A stretch of DNA of 64,000 nt, taken from positions 395,093-459,092 of the forward strand of contig CAYRNF010000001.1 in assembly GCA_964425695.1 (NCBI GenBank), given 5' to 3'. This DNA comes from an uncultured Pseudoxanthomonas sp. (GTDB lineage Bacteria > Pseudomonadota > Gammaproteobacteria > Xanthomonadales > Xanthomonadaceae). Made by a program: the position numbers and the translations under genes. Under the pieces are notes generated by a model, which ran no database searches, was not told the DNA's origin, and saw only the letters and a program-made list of their open reading frames with translations. Below, piece by piece: positions 63,590 through 64,000 of this stretch (positions within the stretch are counted from its first letter, which is position 1; each line of letters begins with the position of its first letter).

Positions 63590-64000
63590 ATGAGCAACCA
63601 GGGCAAGATCGTCCAGATCATCGGCGCCGTCGTCGACGTCGAATTCCCGCGCGACAGCGTGCCCAAGGTGTACGACGCGCTGAAGGTGCAGAACACCGAC
63701 ATCACCCTGGAAGTGCAGCAGCAGCTCGGCGACGGCGTGGTGCGCACCATCGCGCTGGGTTCCACCGACGGCCTGAAGCGCAACCTGATCGCCGACAACA
63801 CCGGCCGCGCGATCTCGGTGCCGGTGGGCACCGGCACGCTGGGCCGGATCATGGACGTGCTGGGCAACCCGATCGACGAAGCCGGCCCGGTCAAGGCCGA
63901 CGCGCAGTGGGAAATCCACCGCGCCGCGCCGAGCTACGAGGACCAGGCGTCGACCACCGAGCTGCTGGAAACCGGCATCAAGGTCATCGACCTGATGTGT
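63590..64000 (+). CDS. atpD: F0F1 ATP synthase subunit beta (5' partial, runs off the window)
   Basis: [31 protein letters not shown] is the beta-subunit N-terminal barrel domain. Confidence 0.9.
   Translation, partial: MSNQGKIVQIIGAVVDVEFPRDSVPKVYDALKVQNTDITLEVQQQLGDGVVRTIALGSTDGLKRNLIADNTGRAISVPVGTGTLGRIMDVLGNPIDEAGPVKADAQWEIHRAAPSYEDQASTTELLETGIKVIDLMC

Overview
High-GC (~70%) gammaproteobacterial chromosome segment of Xanthomonadaceae type, judged from REP sequences of the 'gtaggagcggcttcagccgcga' family and from gene content (Lysobacter/Luteimonas/Stenotrophomonas/Xanthomonas-like). It is mostly core genome. The 3' end carries the F1F0 ATP synthase operon atpIBEFHAGD, with atpD truncated by the window edge. 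Upstream of it are pyruvate dehydrogenase E2 (aceF) and a lipoyl-domain-bearing E3 (lpdA) separated by an MscS channel gene. The window also holds rsmC and rsuA, yajQ, a YahK-like alcohol dehydrogenase, ompW, a tesA-ybbA-ybbP triad and msrB. Three nucleic-acid ligase systems lie in this one window. The first is an ATP-dependent DNA ligase translationally coupled to an Lhr-like DEXH helicase and a PdeM phosphoesterase (the 'ligase-associated DNA damage response' module). The second is an NHEJ pair, Ku plus multidomain LigD. The third is an RtcB RNA ligase in an apparent operon with an SPFH/slipin gene. Four things look unusual. (1) About 3.5 tandem copies of a 117-bp palindromic element are inserted in frame inside the DNA ligase CDS. 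(2) Two abutting tRNA-like genes at 32942-33088 have canonical D and T arms, but their anticodon and acceptor regions would not fold canonically by hand; an ~800-bp apparently non-coding stretch follows. (3) Heptamer-repeat inverted hairpins lie inside the atp operon, and a different palindromic repeat array lies inside an ABC-2 transporter operon. (4) There are several paralogous pairs: two 63-64 aa proteins with a KPLRRE motif, two EF-hand lipoproteins and two fasciclin lipoproteins. A 715-aa protein with no signal peptide sits between two serine hydrolases. Many long ORFs in alternate frames are GC-skew artefacts and were not called. All calls rest on reading the translations and sequence by eye; no database searches were run.
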